The notes under the pieces are model-generated. The model was not told where the DNA came from, made no database searches, and saw nothing but the letters and a program-made list of their open reading frames with translations. DNA of 64,000 nt. Source: Octopus vulgaris (taxonomy: Eukaryota). The stretch lies in NCBI GenBank assembly GCA_951406725.2, contig OX597817.1, positions 50,220,001-50,284,000 of the forward strand, written 5' to 3'. Every line of letters begins with the position of its first letter. Within the stretch, counting starts at the first letter, position 1. Of the stretch, positions 15,575 to 28,763 are shown piece by piece. A program made the translations under genes and the position numbers.

Positions 15575-16860
15575 GAGGGTGGGGAAGCAAAACTTGGAAT
15601 ATTTTGGAAGCTTTATTTTTCATATATTCCTGAGCGTAAATACTAAAGTATTGTTTTCCATTTCAGGGTGGGGGTATATAGAGTTAATTTTTAACTGAAT
15701 TTCCAGTCATACGACCTATCATGTCCACTTAATAAGCCAAGAGAAATCACATTGCAGATTTGCTTCGTGCCGGAGTTTTAATTAGTAGTATTGCTCAGAC
15801 TGTTGGGGCCTCTGTGAGCACTGTTTACAACATTAAGAAACGAATGCTGGATATTGGCGACATCAAGAGAAAGCAAGGAAGTGGAGGTATAAATATAAAA
15901 TGGGATAATGCATTTCTTAAATCTCTCAAAGCTAAAATTTCGAAAGACCTAACAACACTCATGAGGAAACTGTCAATGGACATGAAAGTTGATCCAAAGA
16001 AAATCAAAAATGGTGTACACACTGATTTACATTTGTAGTCATATGTAAGGACAACGAGACACCTATTGACTCATGCAATGAAAGCCAAAAGGTATGAAAA
16101 GGCCAAAAATGTGTGGCGATGCATAAAGCACAATAGACAAACCGTCAAAATATTTTCAGATGTAAAAATCTTTACTGTTGATGCTGTTTTAAAACGTCGT
16201 AATGATCGATACATTGGTAAGTCATCTTCTGAGGTATAGGACGTCTTGAAGACCAAGCCTCTAGCTAAAGTCATGATACCGGGTATCGTGGCGTCTGACG
16301 GTAAAAAAGATGCCTCTCCATTTTTGAAAGTCTGGGGAAAAGGTGGGGACTGACGTTTATTATAAAGTCCTGCGGTTTAAGGTTTCGCTCTGGCTGAAGT
16401 CTAACAATCCCAACGGTAATTATGTGAGTACTCAAATCTGGTTCTCCTGCTCACACGGCAAAGAAAGTGCAAAACTTTTACGAAGACATCTTCGCCGACT
16501 TTTGGCCGGCAAACTTCTTGCTTTCTTCCAGCCCAGACTTGAATTCTCTGGACTATGCAATATGGGGCAAATTGGAGCACTCTACCAACAGAATTACGCA
16601 TCCAAGTCTTGATCATTTTAAGCAAATCCTGAAGGTAGAGTGGGACAACATGTCTGAGTACTTCATCATGAAGAGTTGTGACGCCTTCAGGCGGCATGCG
16701 AAGGTTGTGGTGGACAATGAAAGCAGACATATTGAATAAATTGTCTCTTTATACCCCTATAAACTTGTTAAAATTATATTTATGTCAGGTTGCTGGTTGT
16801 TGCAATATAAACAATTTGGTGAATCATCTATTATTTTCCATCTTTTACTTCCCAACCCTG
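15575..16860 (+). mobile_element. Tc1/mariner superfamily transposon, DD37D (maT) type, decayed
   Basis: Imperfect TIRs (gagggtggggaagcaaaacttggaa vs reverse complement cagggttgggaagtaaaagatggaa), TA on both sides, length 1286 bp. Confidence 0.9.
15721..16739 (+). pseudogene. DD37D transposase pseudogene
   Basis: HTH (IAQTVGASVSTVYNIKKR..KRKQGSG), IFSDVKIFTVD, frameshifted (D)GSPAHTAK and SPDLNSLDYAIW; 37 residues counted between the inferred second and third catalytic Asp. Stops and frameshifts present. Confidence 0.85.
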
Positions 16861-16862
16861 TA

Positions 16863-18000
16863 GAAGACAGTGAACCGTTTGTGCGGCGCGCTTTCCTGCA
16901 GTTCGTCTCTTTGGCCGAACTGCAGTCGAGGATCAAACAGAGACCGAGGCTAGGCGAATGGAACCGCGAGTACTGCCTTGTTCTCAAGCAACTCTGCCGT
17001 CCGGGACCAAACATGTGCGACTTCACTTCCTCAAAGGGGTTCTATAGAGGATTAGTGGAGGGGAGGTACGACGACCGTCTCGAGTAGAATATGGGCGTCG
17101 ACAAGGAACACCTGACCCGTCTGTTTAGGACAACTTTCGGGCCGGGATCTATGGACAATCACCAGAGATCACTGGCCTGGTAGTGCTAACGAGAAGCATT
17201 ACCCGTTCGAGATAAGCTCTACAGGCACGGTTTGAGATACACCGGACCGACTTGCCCGAGATGCGATGAAACCGTTCTGCATGCACTCGCGCAGTGTCCA
17301 ACCATTTCGGACCTTTGACCTTATGCTGAACGGCTGCTATCACGTGTGGGATGAGTTCGCTTGTCGGCCGAATCTATCGTGAAAATTGCTCCGCCACTCC
17401 CCCTAACCGGGAAGGCAAGGCAGTCTTCATCGTACTGGTGGCCATGGTGAAAGAATGTGTCTGGTGGACTCGAGCGAAAGGTTTAGAGACAAATACTTTT
17501 CTCTCCAGCCAATCGCTCGTCAATTACCACTTGGAAAGGAAGGTAAGAATAGAGAGGCAAATTTTGTCTCGTGAATGTTTCAATAAAAGGTGGGTGAATG
17601 TAGCAAAGATGGTATATGCAAGTGACGAATCCACTTTGAGCATGTTCCTCTAAATCGAAGAGAGAGAGAGAGAAAGACAGTAAGAGAGAGAGAGAAAGAG
17701 AGAGAGAGAGCACTTTGCTCTCGTGTTTATTCTCTCCCTGCCTGAGGTTACCGTGGTCTTTTCCGTAGGTTTTTCTTTCCACGGATAAACCTAATCTTGC
17801 TTTTACATTTTTAATATTTTCTGTGATACACGATACCGTTTGATCATCTTTTCTTCTCACGATCCCCTTTGATCAGAATTTTATTTTTCTTCTTTTTTTC
17901 TTCTTTTTTTTTGAAAGGAAAAGCTCTATTTTGTATTTTGTCCCCTCTGTGTTCGGCTGTGTGGCTAATAAGGAAACTTATCAATCAATCAATCAATCAA
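16863..18000 (+). mobile_element. Tx1/L1-clade LINE 3' portion (ORF2 C-terminus, 3' UTR, (TCAA)n tail)
   Basis: Homologous to 31300-32040: FYRGLVEGRYDD, DNHQRSLAW, ALPVRDKL, TCPRC, EGKAVF..KECVWWTR. Confidence 0.85.
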
Positions 18001-19035
<1,035 letters not shown>

Positions 19036-19829
19036 GCAAAAACACACAAACAAATATATACACAGAGAGACAGAAAGTAGGAGAGAGTTTGATAAATAAA
19101 AAAAAATGATAAAGAGAGAAGGGGGTTAGTTAGAGACTGGCGTGTGTCAACGTAATTAGTCTATCTTCGTTATCATCTCTGGACATGTGTTTGGATGTAT
19201 GTGCGTGCGTTCGTGCGTGCGTGCGTGCGTGCGTGCGTGCCTGCGTGTGACCCTGTGCGCATGTGCGTATGACTGTTCGCATGTGTGTGTATACAGAGAA
19301 CGTAAGAAACAGAAGACCTAAGATTTATAGACACACGTTCATATTTTAAATCTTTTACTCTCTCTCTCTCTCTGCCTCACACTCTCGCAATCTCCCCCTC
19401 ACTCATCCTCTCATTACTCTCTCTTCATCCTCTGTTCCAACGTTAGCCCTCTCTTTTTTTTTTCCGTACATTGTACTTCCCTCCTACATATTTCCTATTG
19501 ACATCCACCCTTCCCCTATACTCCTCCTATCTCCTGTGTTCACTCCGTGCCATTTAATCAATAAATACCTTTAGAAACTCATTTTAATCGATGTATGCCT
19601 CCGCATTTTGCTGGCCACAACTTGCAACACTCCGCCCCGTTTATGTGTTTTCGTAGTGAAGAGGAGGAGATTACAGTTTTCGTTCGGTTCGAGTAGTCAG
19701 CGTCATAGAGACACACACATTGTAACTAATAAAACAAAATACAAATTGTAACAGAAATCTTATGGGTGAATATCACACACACACATACACATACACGCAC
19801 ACATGCACATAAACATACACACAATGAGT

Positions 19830-20350
<521 letters not shown>

Positions 20351-21576
20351 AATGTACGTGGTTGCGTTTAGGTGTATAAACATACACACCCCAAACACAT
20401 ACTTATATGTATATGAAAGGGATGTGAATATGTATGTGTATATGTGTGTGGGTGGGTGCGTGGGTGAGAGTGTGTGTGTTTGTAAGTTTTTGTGTGCGTT
20501 AAATAAATTGGTGAAATTAATGCCGTCAAAGGCAGTGGGCCAAAATATAAAGGGCCTGTCCACCTGGTTTTAGGAACACACACCGAAGGAAGATTTTGTG
20601 AGAAATACCTCCCATTGCAAATATCTTCCTACATTCCTTGTCTTTCACTACAAATGCATAGTTAGCATCGGACGAATATCTTCTCGGTTCATACCATAAA
20701 CTGATATATGAATTTATTATAAACAAAAAACAAAACAAAAAGGAAAAGCAAAAACCACAGGAAAAAGAATCATACAGAATAGAAGAAAGAAAGAAAGAAA
20801 GAAAGAAGTATTAACAGGACAACTTCAACATAAAAAGTAACGTTCTTATACTACATCATAACTTAAAAAGAATATATATATATATACATAAACGCACACA
20901 TACACACACACACACACACACACTATCTCACATACACATACACTCACACATATACATGTATATATGTATACATAGATAATCGTATATATAAAATATGATG
21001 CTATATATAAATATGTGTATTATTGATTAATGGTTATATACTTTACACAGAAAATTCTTACAAACATTAAAAAAAATCAAAATCAGTAAAAAAATTTAAA
21101 AAGCAACAGTATTGATACACAATCCTGAAAGTATATATAACTACATATATATATATACATATATCCATGTTCATATACAAACGTACATAAATATATACAT
21201 ATATGTATACATATATTTACACATGATATATACATGAATATATATGGGTGCGCGTATGTACAGATATATGTATAATAATAACACACATATACGTATATGT
21301 TCAATTGCCGAAATATTTTCACATATTTTTAACACAGAAGTGTTATAAACTTGAGCATAACACTAATGTGTGTATAGTAATATTCATTTCAACCGTTTTT
21401 TTCATCAAGTCATCTCTCCGCATCTTTTGTACGGCGTCGATATCGACTTGGGCGTGTACAAGACACGGTTTATAGGTATACATTCACATACATAAAGACA
21501 TACATACACATACATACATACATTCATACATACATACACATACATACATACATTCATACATACATACATACATACA

Positions 21577-21629
<53 letters not shown>

Positions 21630-22719
21630 GTTTGTAGATATGTGTGTATGTATATTTAAATATCTGTAGCTATATACCTACATTTACTTACATCTATATT
21701 TCTATACATAGGTGTATAGTAACAAACAGGCCAAAGACTGCCAGTAACTAAAAGACCTTTGCCCAACGTTTAACTTCCCAAACACCGGAGAACTATCAAA
21801 GGTAAAGGCTCAGGCCAAGAGAACCAGAAACTTTTTCACTGTACAGTTACCGTTTCTCGCCGTTAATCTGTAAGTTAAACACTTTTGTTTACCATATTTT
21901 TTATTTATATCAGAATTCATTTTATCGTCTGTTTTGTACTGACTAGTGACATGGTCGCTATTGTAGGAGATAAATAAAGCTTCGTTGACAGGACGAAGAC
22001 AATTTAAGATACGACAACCGAACTCGCAAACTGGCTCCAAATTCCACTCCATGGTATTTGGTAGAATTGTTGTGCAAGAAATATTCACAATATATTTGAA
22101 TGTCGCTTTATAGTATATTAGACATCATGACAAGTGAACGAGGTTTCTTATTAAACTGTTTATAAAGAAGGAACTGCGATACACAGCACAATCGAGATAC
22201 CGTAACACAAAATGTTTTAATTAATGACAAGGTTTCAGACACTTGTGAGAGTGATAAACTTTAAAAATTAAAAACCACCCCATATGAAACATTATATCAA
22301 ATGCATGTTAACCCTTTACCTGTTCAAAGTATTTTTATAAGTTTGTCCCAAAGAAAAAAAAAACAAAACTAAAAGCAGTCCATGTCTAAAGATTCATATA
22401 CATGCCGCTGTCTGGCTTTTGTTGTAACAGTGTCATTAAATCGAAGGTTTAATGAACAATAACAAAGACAGAACTTTCTCTTGTTTTTTTCTTTCGCTTT
22501 TCTTGGGTTTTTTTCGTGGTTGGGTATTCAGAGTAAAGAAGGTAAAGAGGAAAATGAAAAATAGATAGATTAATAAATAAAATAAATAAAACAGAAACGG
22601 TTTGAGGGTAATGGGACTTGCTTCACAGACGAGATTACCAGGAGTTAAGTTAAAATCATGCTCTCCTTGCAGATACACACATGCACTGATGTACACGAGC
22701 TTAGAAATACAAACACAAA

Positions 22720-22769
<50 letters not shown>

Positions 22770-22800
22770 CTTAAATATATGCATAAGTGAGCGAACATAC

Positions 22801-22869
<69 letters not shown>

Positions 22870-22879
22870 TCTTTATAAA

Positions 22880-23113
22880 ATTAAGACGGAAGGTTTAAAA
22901 GTTCCTAGCGTTTGATAAAAGAAAATACAGGAGTTACAGGATCAATAAATTATGATTTTATTCAACATATACCATTTCCCGATCAGATTAACACATTTAT
23001 TGCAGTCGTCCTTCAGTTTTGCTAACACTAGTAAAATAACTCGGAATTTTGGGCCTCCAACCAAACATTTCGTGACACCCTTAATGTCAGAAACTTTTCA
23101 GCAACTCCTTGTA
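22880..23113. mobile_element. mariner-derived MITE, degenerate
   Basis: Ends resemble mariner TIRs (..tttaaaagttcctag / ..gaaacttttcagcaactccttgta), with a TA at the right end. Confidence 0.55.
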
Positions 23114-23545
23114 TCAAGAGTGGTTTAGTATATGAAAAAATCCCACTTGTTAATGTGGGATCATCGCCCCAAACTTTCAAAGTTCATTGCACGACATGCA
23201 TCGCTTAGGTTAATTTGTCTGTGCGGCAGAGGTCCTAACATAGTTTGGTGCTGTTGATGTGAAAAGTTAAAGCTACTAAAATAGAACTAAATTGAATATT
23301 ACCACTTTTCAGTTTTTAATGTCCCGTTTGCAATATTATAAGTTGCATAAACGCTTCTAGGACCATAAGACATATTTTATTCCAAAATTATATTCATGTG
23401 TGTTTATATGAATATAGGATTTTGTATTCGAGTATGTATGTGTGACGGTGCATGACATGAAATATATTGAATATCCATACGTTTACGAAACTTATGCTTT
23501 TCTTTTGCAAGTGTTCTGAGACAAAATAACCAGTCTGTTTACGAT

Positions 23546-23591
<46 letters not shown>

Positions 23592-23607
23592 GTATATATA
23601 TATATGT

Positions 23608-23669
<62 letters not shown>

Positions 23670-23706
23670 CTGTAAAAACAATATGTGACAATTATTCGGT
23701 AGCCAT

Positions 23707-23767
23707 GATAAAACTCCGAGTTTCGGATGTCGGGGCGGAAACCCACGCCGCCATCTCTTCAGTTATC
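23707..23767 (-). ncRNA. Type I hammerhead ribozyme motif
   Basis: Minus strand: GAUAA-CUGAAGA-[GAUG..GGCGG/CCGCC..CAUC]-C-GAAA-CU(CGG)AG-UU^UUAUC. Canonical core, 5-bp stem I, 3-bp stem III; predicted cleavage between 23712 and 23711. Confidence 0.8.
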
Positions 23768-23855
23768 CGACCATCGTCACATATTGTATTTACAGTTAAA
23801 TTCCTCTATTTACATAATTTTGAAGTCTTTTTCATTCTTTCGTTGTCTTACCATT

Positions 23856-23935
<80 letters not shown>

Positions 23936-24099
23936 ATCTCTATATATATACTACATATATACATACATACATACATACATACATATGCATGTATGTATGT
24001 CATTCACATTTATTGCCAATAGAGAAAGAGTCGGTTTCTAACCTAGAAGGCTCCTTCATTGGAATTTCAACATATCAACAAATGGGTAATATATATGTA

Positions 24100-25075
24100 T
24101 GTATGTATATGTGCAGATTTGTATGTTTTGCTATATGTATGCATTCCGATGAATTTAGTTACATATCTAGACATGCTCATATATATTTAAACGATAAACT
24201 TCTGGAAAGTTTTACGATTTTTACAGTTTCAGCTATGGATTGGATCTATGGTCTTCGAATTAGCTTTCTCCTTTCTGATTCTGGGAAGCATAATTTCTCG
24301 AGATCGGTATTTAGGCAATGTGTTACATATCCCAGGGCTCCAATAATTACAGGTTTAAAACTGAACCCTCTGTAGTTAAGCGGAGATATTCGCTTTTCCA
24401 CTGATCTTCAGCTGTATATTAATATCCGCTGGGTTGCTAATTTCCAAAACTGCACACAGTTTCTCCTATCTATCCCAAGTCATTCTATCAGGTCTGTTGT
24501 GCTTTCATTTTTTTGAGGTCTTCACTGGTGCATTCCACCAGTATTCCTTTTTATTATGAGTGTCTTCTACAATATTATGGGTTCTTATTTCTTTATCCTC
24601 GGAATTATTATTCCGACGGATTTCATTATAGAGTGGCCTAGCCACAACATCATGTTGCATCGGTAGATATTACTGTGATGACATTTTCGGACAACTGCTT
24701 ATGATGTGGATGATACCTTCGGTGTTAACTCCACAAAGTCTGCTTCGTTTGTCACATTTTACTGCTTTCCTGCATTTCTATCACTTTTGTACATCAAGTA
24801 CTTGGTTGATATTTCCTGCTCTTTGATTGCAAACGCAAACCCTGGAAACTCCATTGAGGATCAATGTTACTATCATCTCGGAGCTTTCTACTAACAAATC
24901 CATGCATAGTCTTCTGCTCATATAGACTCATCCTTTCATCTAACGATACGTTGTCCTGGAGTCGTGCCATTTCTTTGGGGATGCATTCTAGGTTATCAAA
25001 CAAACAATGTCGCTCAAGGAGCTGCTGCCAAATTCTTATTAGTTTCATCCATATAAACTTGGTCAAGCGATGCAT
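24100..25075 (-). mobile_element. 5'-truncated RLE-LINE inserted in (TACA)n
   Basis: KTMHGF, HIISSCPKMS..QHDVVA and IIGALGYVTHCL on the minus strand; its 3' end matches 48517-48760; (TATG)n on both flanks. Confidence 0.82.
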
Positions 25076-25139
25076 TTCAATATGTAAGTATGTACGTCTG
25101 TATGTATGTATGTGTATAAATGTATATATGTATGAATAT

Positions 25140-25385
25140 GTTCCGTTTTTGGATTTGGTTTACAAGATACTTTATATGAGTTCGTGGGTTGAAGCATATT
25201 CTGTTATGTCTGGAGAGAGTCATTTTCTTTGTAACACACTCACCGGTAAAGACTGTTGAAAAGGTTGCAAGACGCAACGAAAATTTTAGGAAAATAAAAA
25301 TAATAAATAAATAAATTTTACCAGTGAGTGTGTTACATTGTAGGGCACAAAAGGAAAATGACTCTCCTCAGACACAACAGTGCAT
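25140..25385 (+). mobile_element. Penelope-like pseudo-LTR-type insert with an internal inverted repeat
   Basis: Arms 25201-25250 and ~25317-25380 are inverted copies; same family as 57497-57835; carries a hammerhead motif. Confidence 0.6.
25253..25289 (+). ncRNA. Minimal hammerhead ribozyme motif, U3-A8 core variant
   Basis: CUG-UUGAAAA-G-GUUGC(AAGAC)GCAAC-GAAA-A-UU-U^UAG; palindromic AAUU replaces helix III. Confidence 0.6.
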
Positions 25386-25389
25386 GAAT

Positions 25390-25408
25390 ATGTATATACA
25401 TATATGTG

Positions 25409-25447
<39 letters not shown>

Positions 25448-25629
25448 ATATGTATATATATATATGTGTGTGTGTGTGTATATATATGAATATATATGTG
25501 TGTATATATATATATATATGTGTATATATATATATGTATATATATATGTGTGTATATATATATGTATATATATATATACATATGTATATATATATGTACA
25601 TATATATATATATATATATATGTACAATA

Positions 25630-25679
<50 letters not shown>

Positions 25680-25937
25680 GAGGGCATTATTACACATAAA
25701 TGCCTCACACTATATCATACTACCAAAATTACACTAGTGTAATTAGTGTAATTTTGGTAGTAATGACTTTGTCCTCTTAGTGTGAGACATTTATATAATG
25801 CCTCTATACAATATAGATATAATTAATTTGTTCAAAAGAAAAAAATTATTTTCGAATTCTTTTCTTTTATGAGGTTTTCACTAACTACCTGATAATTTCT
25901 TGTTAAGATTCCTTATTATGAAGTTATCCTTAATTGT

Positions 25938-25972
<35 letters not shown>

Positions 25973-25974
25973 CA

Positions 25975-26025
<51 letters not shown>

Positions 26026-26103
26026 TAAATATGGTATGCAACTACGTACCAGTGACTTGTAGGTTTAGCTCATCGCTTCGAAGGATTGTTCCATCAGTTT
26101 GTT

Positions 26104-26161
<58 letters not shown>

Positions 26162-26163
26162 TA

Positions 26164-26231
<68 letters not shown>
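25390..26231. repeat. (TA)n/(TG)n microsatellite field with unique inserts at 25675-25940 and 26020-26108
   Basis: Direct reading. Confidence 0.92.
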
Positions 26232-27110
26232 AGTTTCAAATCGCCTAAACAAACAAATTGAAAGCAGTGAAAAGTCCCGCCTGAAAATAAAACTGTTGGA
26301 GATTGAATGTCTGCAACTCTCCCGTGAAAAAGAAAGAGCAGACAAAGAAGCCTGGGCTATAGACAACATAAAATCTAACCCCAGAGCTTTCTACAGGTAT
26401 GCCAAATAAACAGCTACGGTGCACTATAGGATAGGGTCACTCCTTGAAAATGATGGCACACTCACAGGAAATCCAATGAGGATAAGTGAAATATTAAATG
26501 AGCAATTCAAGAGTATTTTCACTCCACCCCAAGGGCATTTTCAAGTCAGCAATCCAACTGACTTCTTTACCACTGCAGATGTAAAATCAGAGGCAGCAAG
26601 GTCATGGAACGAATAGTCAGAAGGAAACTAATCACCTTCTTTGAAGAAAATGACTTGCTGCCTGCCACCCAACATGGTTTCCGACCAGGAAGAAGCTGCC
26701 TAACTCAGCTCCTACAACACTATGACTGGATGCTGAAACGACTGCTCAACCACTCAAATGTGGAAGTGATATATCTCGACTTTGCAAAGGCCTTTGATAA
26801 AGTCGATCACGGAATGATATGCCACAAACTGCGTGATCTTGGCATAGTTGGAAAATTGGGAGAATGGCTTCATGACTTTCTGAAGGATAGAAGTCAGGTG
26901 GTAGTAGCCAATGTAGCCACCTCCAATAACACGCAAATAGTGAGCGGTGTTCCGCAAGGCACTGTTTTGGGACCACTACTGTTTATAATGGCCCTCTCAT
27001 ACATGCCCTCAGCCACGCAGAGAGCCACGATCACAAGTTATGCAGATGATACAAAAGTTTCACAGGCAATATAGAACCCTGAAGACACTATGCACCTGCA
27101 ATGTGAGCTG
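26232..27110 (+). mobile_element. CR1/L2-group LINE RT fragment with an internal deletion
   Basis: QHGFRPGRSCLTQLL, YLDFAKAFDKVDH, GVPQGTVLGPLLF, YADDTK; jumps from the pre-RT region to MERIV at ~26604; truncated where the Tx1-like element starts. Confidence 0.9.
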
Positions 27111-27235
27111 TTGTTTTTTGACTCAGTAATTTTCGCCCTAGAAAATTTCTGTGTTTTTTGTGTGAACTGTTAACCTGTATAGGTTATTTTTGAAAAATTC
27201 CCTTGTCCTTTGTGACAAGTTTCTTGTTTTCTATA

Positions 27236-28745
27236 ATGGAAATTGACTTAAATTCAAAAAAAGATTTTCCCGAGATGGGAGAAGGCACAACCGTTAACAA
27301 ACAAAAGGTTACACAGGCAAAACCAAGTTTCTCTGACGCCGTAGGCGGCAACGTGGTAGAGCTGGAAGTGGCAATGGAGAAGGTCTTCCAGTTCAGAAAG
27401 TTAATTAAAAAAAGCGGTGAAGAAACGCGATTAATACCGCCTCCTGAAACTATGCAGGCAATTCGAGGAAAGACGGTTACTTACAAAGTATATAATATAA
27501 AAGAAAAAAGAATAACCGACGTGAAAAATGATATAGTCGAATAGTGTATGGCGCCAATATGGAGTAAGGTTCGCTACGTCAGCCGAATTGTGAGAAGCGC
27601 TACAATAGAAGCTCATTTCGAGTCGGCTGATGTAGCGAAGGAAATTTCAACACAAACGTTGAAAAGCGAACACATCCTCTTACTTCCCTTGTATTTGGGG
27701 ACGTAGGACGTCGAAAGTTACAATTGAGGACATATCAAGGGGCTATGAAGTGATGTGGGCGGCAACGGCGGTCATATTAGATGTGGAGGAAAAATTAACA
27801 ATATTGAGCATGAGGAAGAAAGAGGCAACAAACTGGAAAGGCCAACAGCTCGAGATGATTATTCAAGCAGAAAATTCTACGCTGGAAAGCTTGCCAGATA
27901 GGGTCTTCGTGGAGAAGGGGCATACCATACGTGTATCGGTAGAGGGACGCAGGCCCAGATGTTTCAAGTGCGGACAAAAGGGCCATATTCGTTCCGTATG
28001 TACGAAAAAAAAAAACGGTCAACGCCCCTCCTTAAAACGCTGTGAAAAACACAGTGAACAACAAGCAGACAACACAGCAACAATAAAAGAAAACACAGAA
28101 AAGAAAAAACAAACTGAAATTCAAAAAGAGGAGGAGAAAAAGAATGAAAAACAAAACGAAAAAGAAAAGGAGGAGGAAAATAATCTAACAAAAAAAAATG
28201 AGCAAGAAGAAATGGAATACACGACTGTGACAAACAAAAGAAAAAATCTAACACCCCTGACTCCCCACCCCAAACAAAAAAGAAAATCAATAATGCAGAC
28301 GGACAACAAAAAAAAATTCCAATCCCATCCCGCTGGTACTACGTTTGTAGGACAGCAGTTCAATAGACCCCACCCACCAACTTTAAAAGGGTTTTAATCA
28401 AATGATAAGTGTATAGCTTATAATACGAGAAATGAGAGAGTTGTGAGGTTCGTGAAAGCAAGAACTCAAATCAAATGCTTTAAAACGACAGAGAAGGACC
28501 CGGAATGGAGATACGCAAGGGTCGGCGAGGAGGAATGGAAGGACAGACTCTTCCAACAACATGTAAAGGCGGTTTCATTAAGGATGTCACCCAGGAGGTG
28601 ATAGCTGGGAGAGTGCACATCAGCCCGGCAGCCATACCAACCCAGAGCCCGGTGGCAACTCCGATGAAATGCCCAGCAACAACGGAGAGTGTGGGGGAGG
28701 CAGGCAGACATAATCTGTCATGCTCCCTCTCGCAACCGTAAGTAA
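27236..28745 (+). pseudogene. Tx1-like ORF1 (gag-like, CCHC knuckle)
   Basis: CFKCGQKGHIRSVC (CX2CX4HX4C) preceded by VSVEGRRPR; broken by stops and frameshifts. Confidence 0.82.
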
Positions 28746-28763
28746 ATTATTTTTCTTTCTTCG

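Noticed and set aside
21810-22088. 92-aa non-repetitive ORF as a possible host exon
   Set aside because: No recognisable domain or convincing splice sites, and the length is within chance expectation.
24022-24068. Hammerhead-like CCAAUGA..GAAACCG on the minus strand
   Set aside because: G5 is replaced, and helix III and stem I do not pair properly; at best a decayed relic.
26060-26105. CUGAUGG..UUCGAAG on the minus strand in a (TA)n insert
   Set aside because: A9 and A15.1 are altered and there is no stem I or III.
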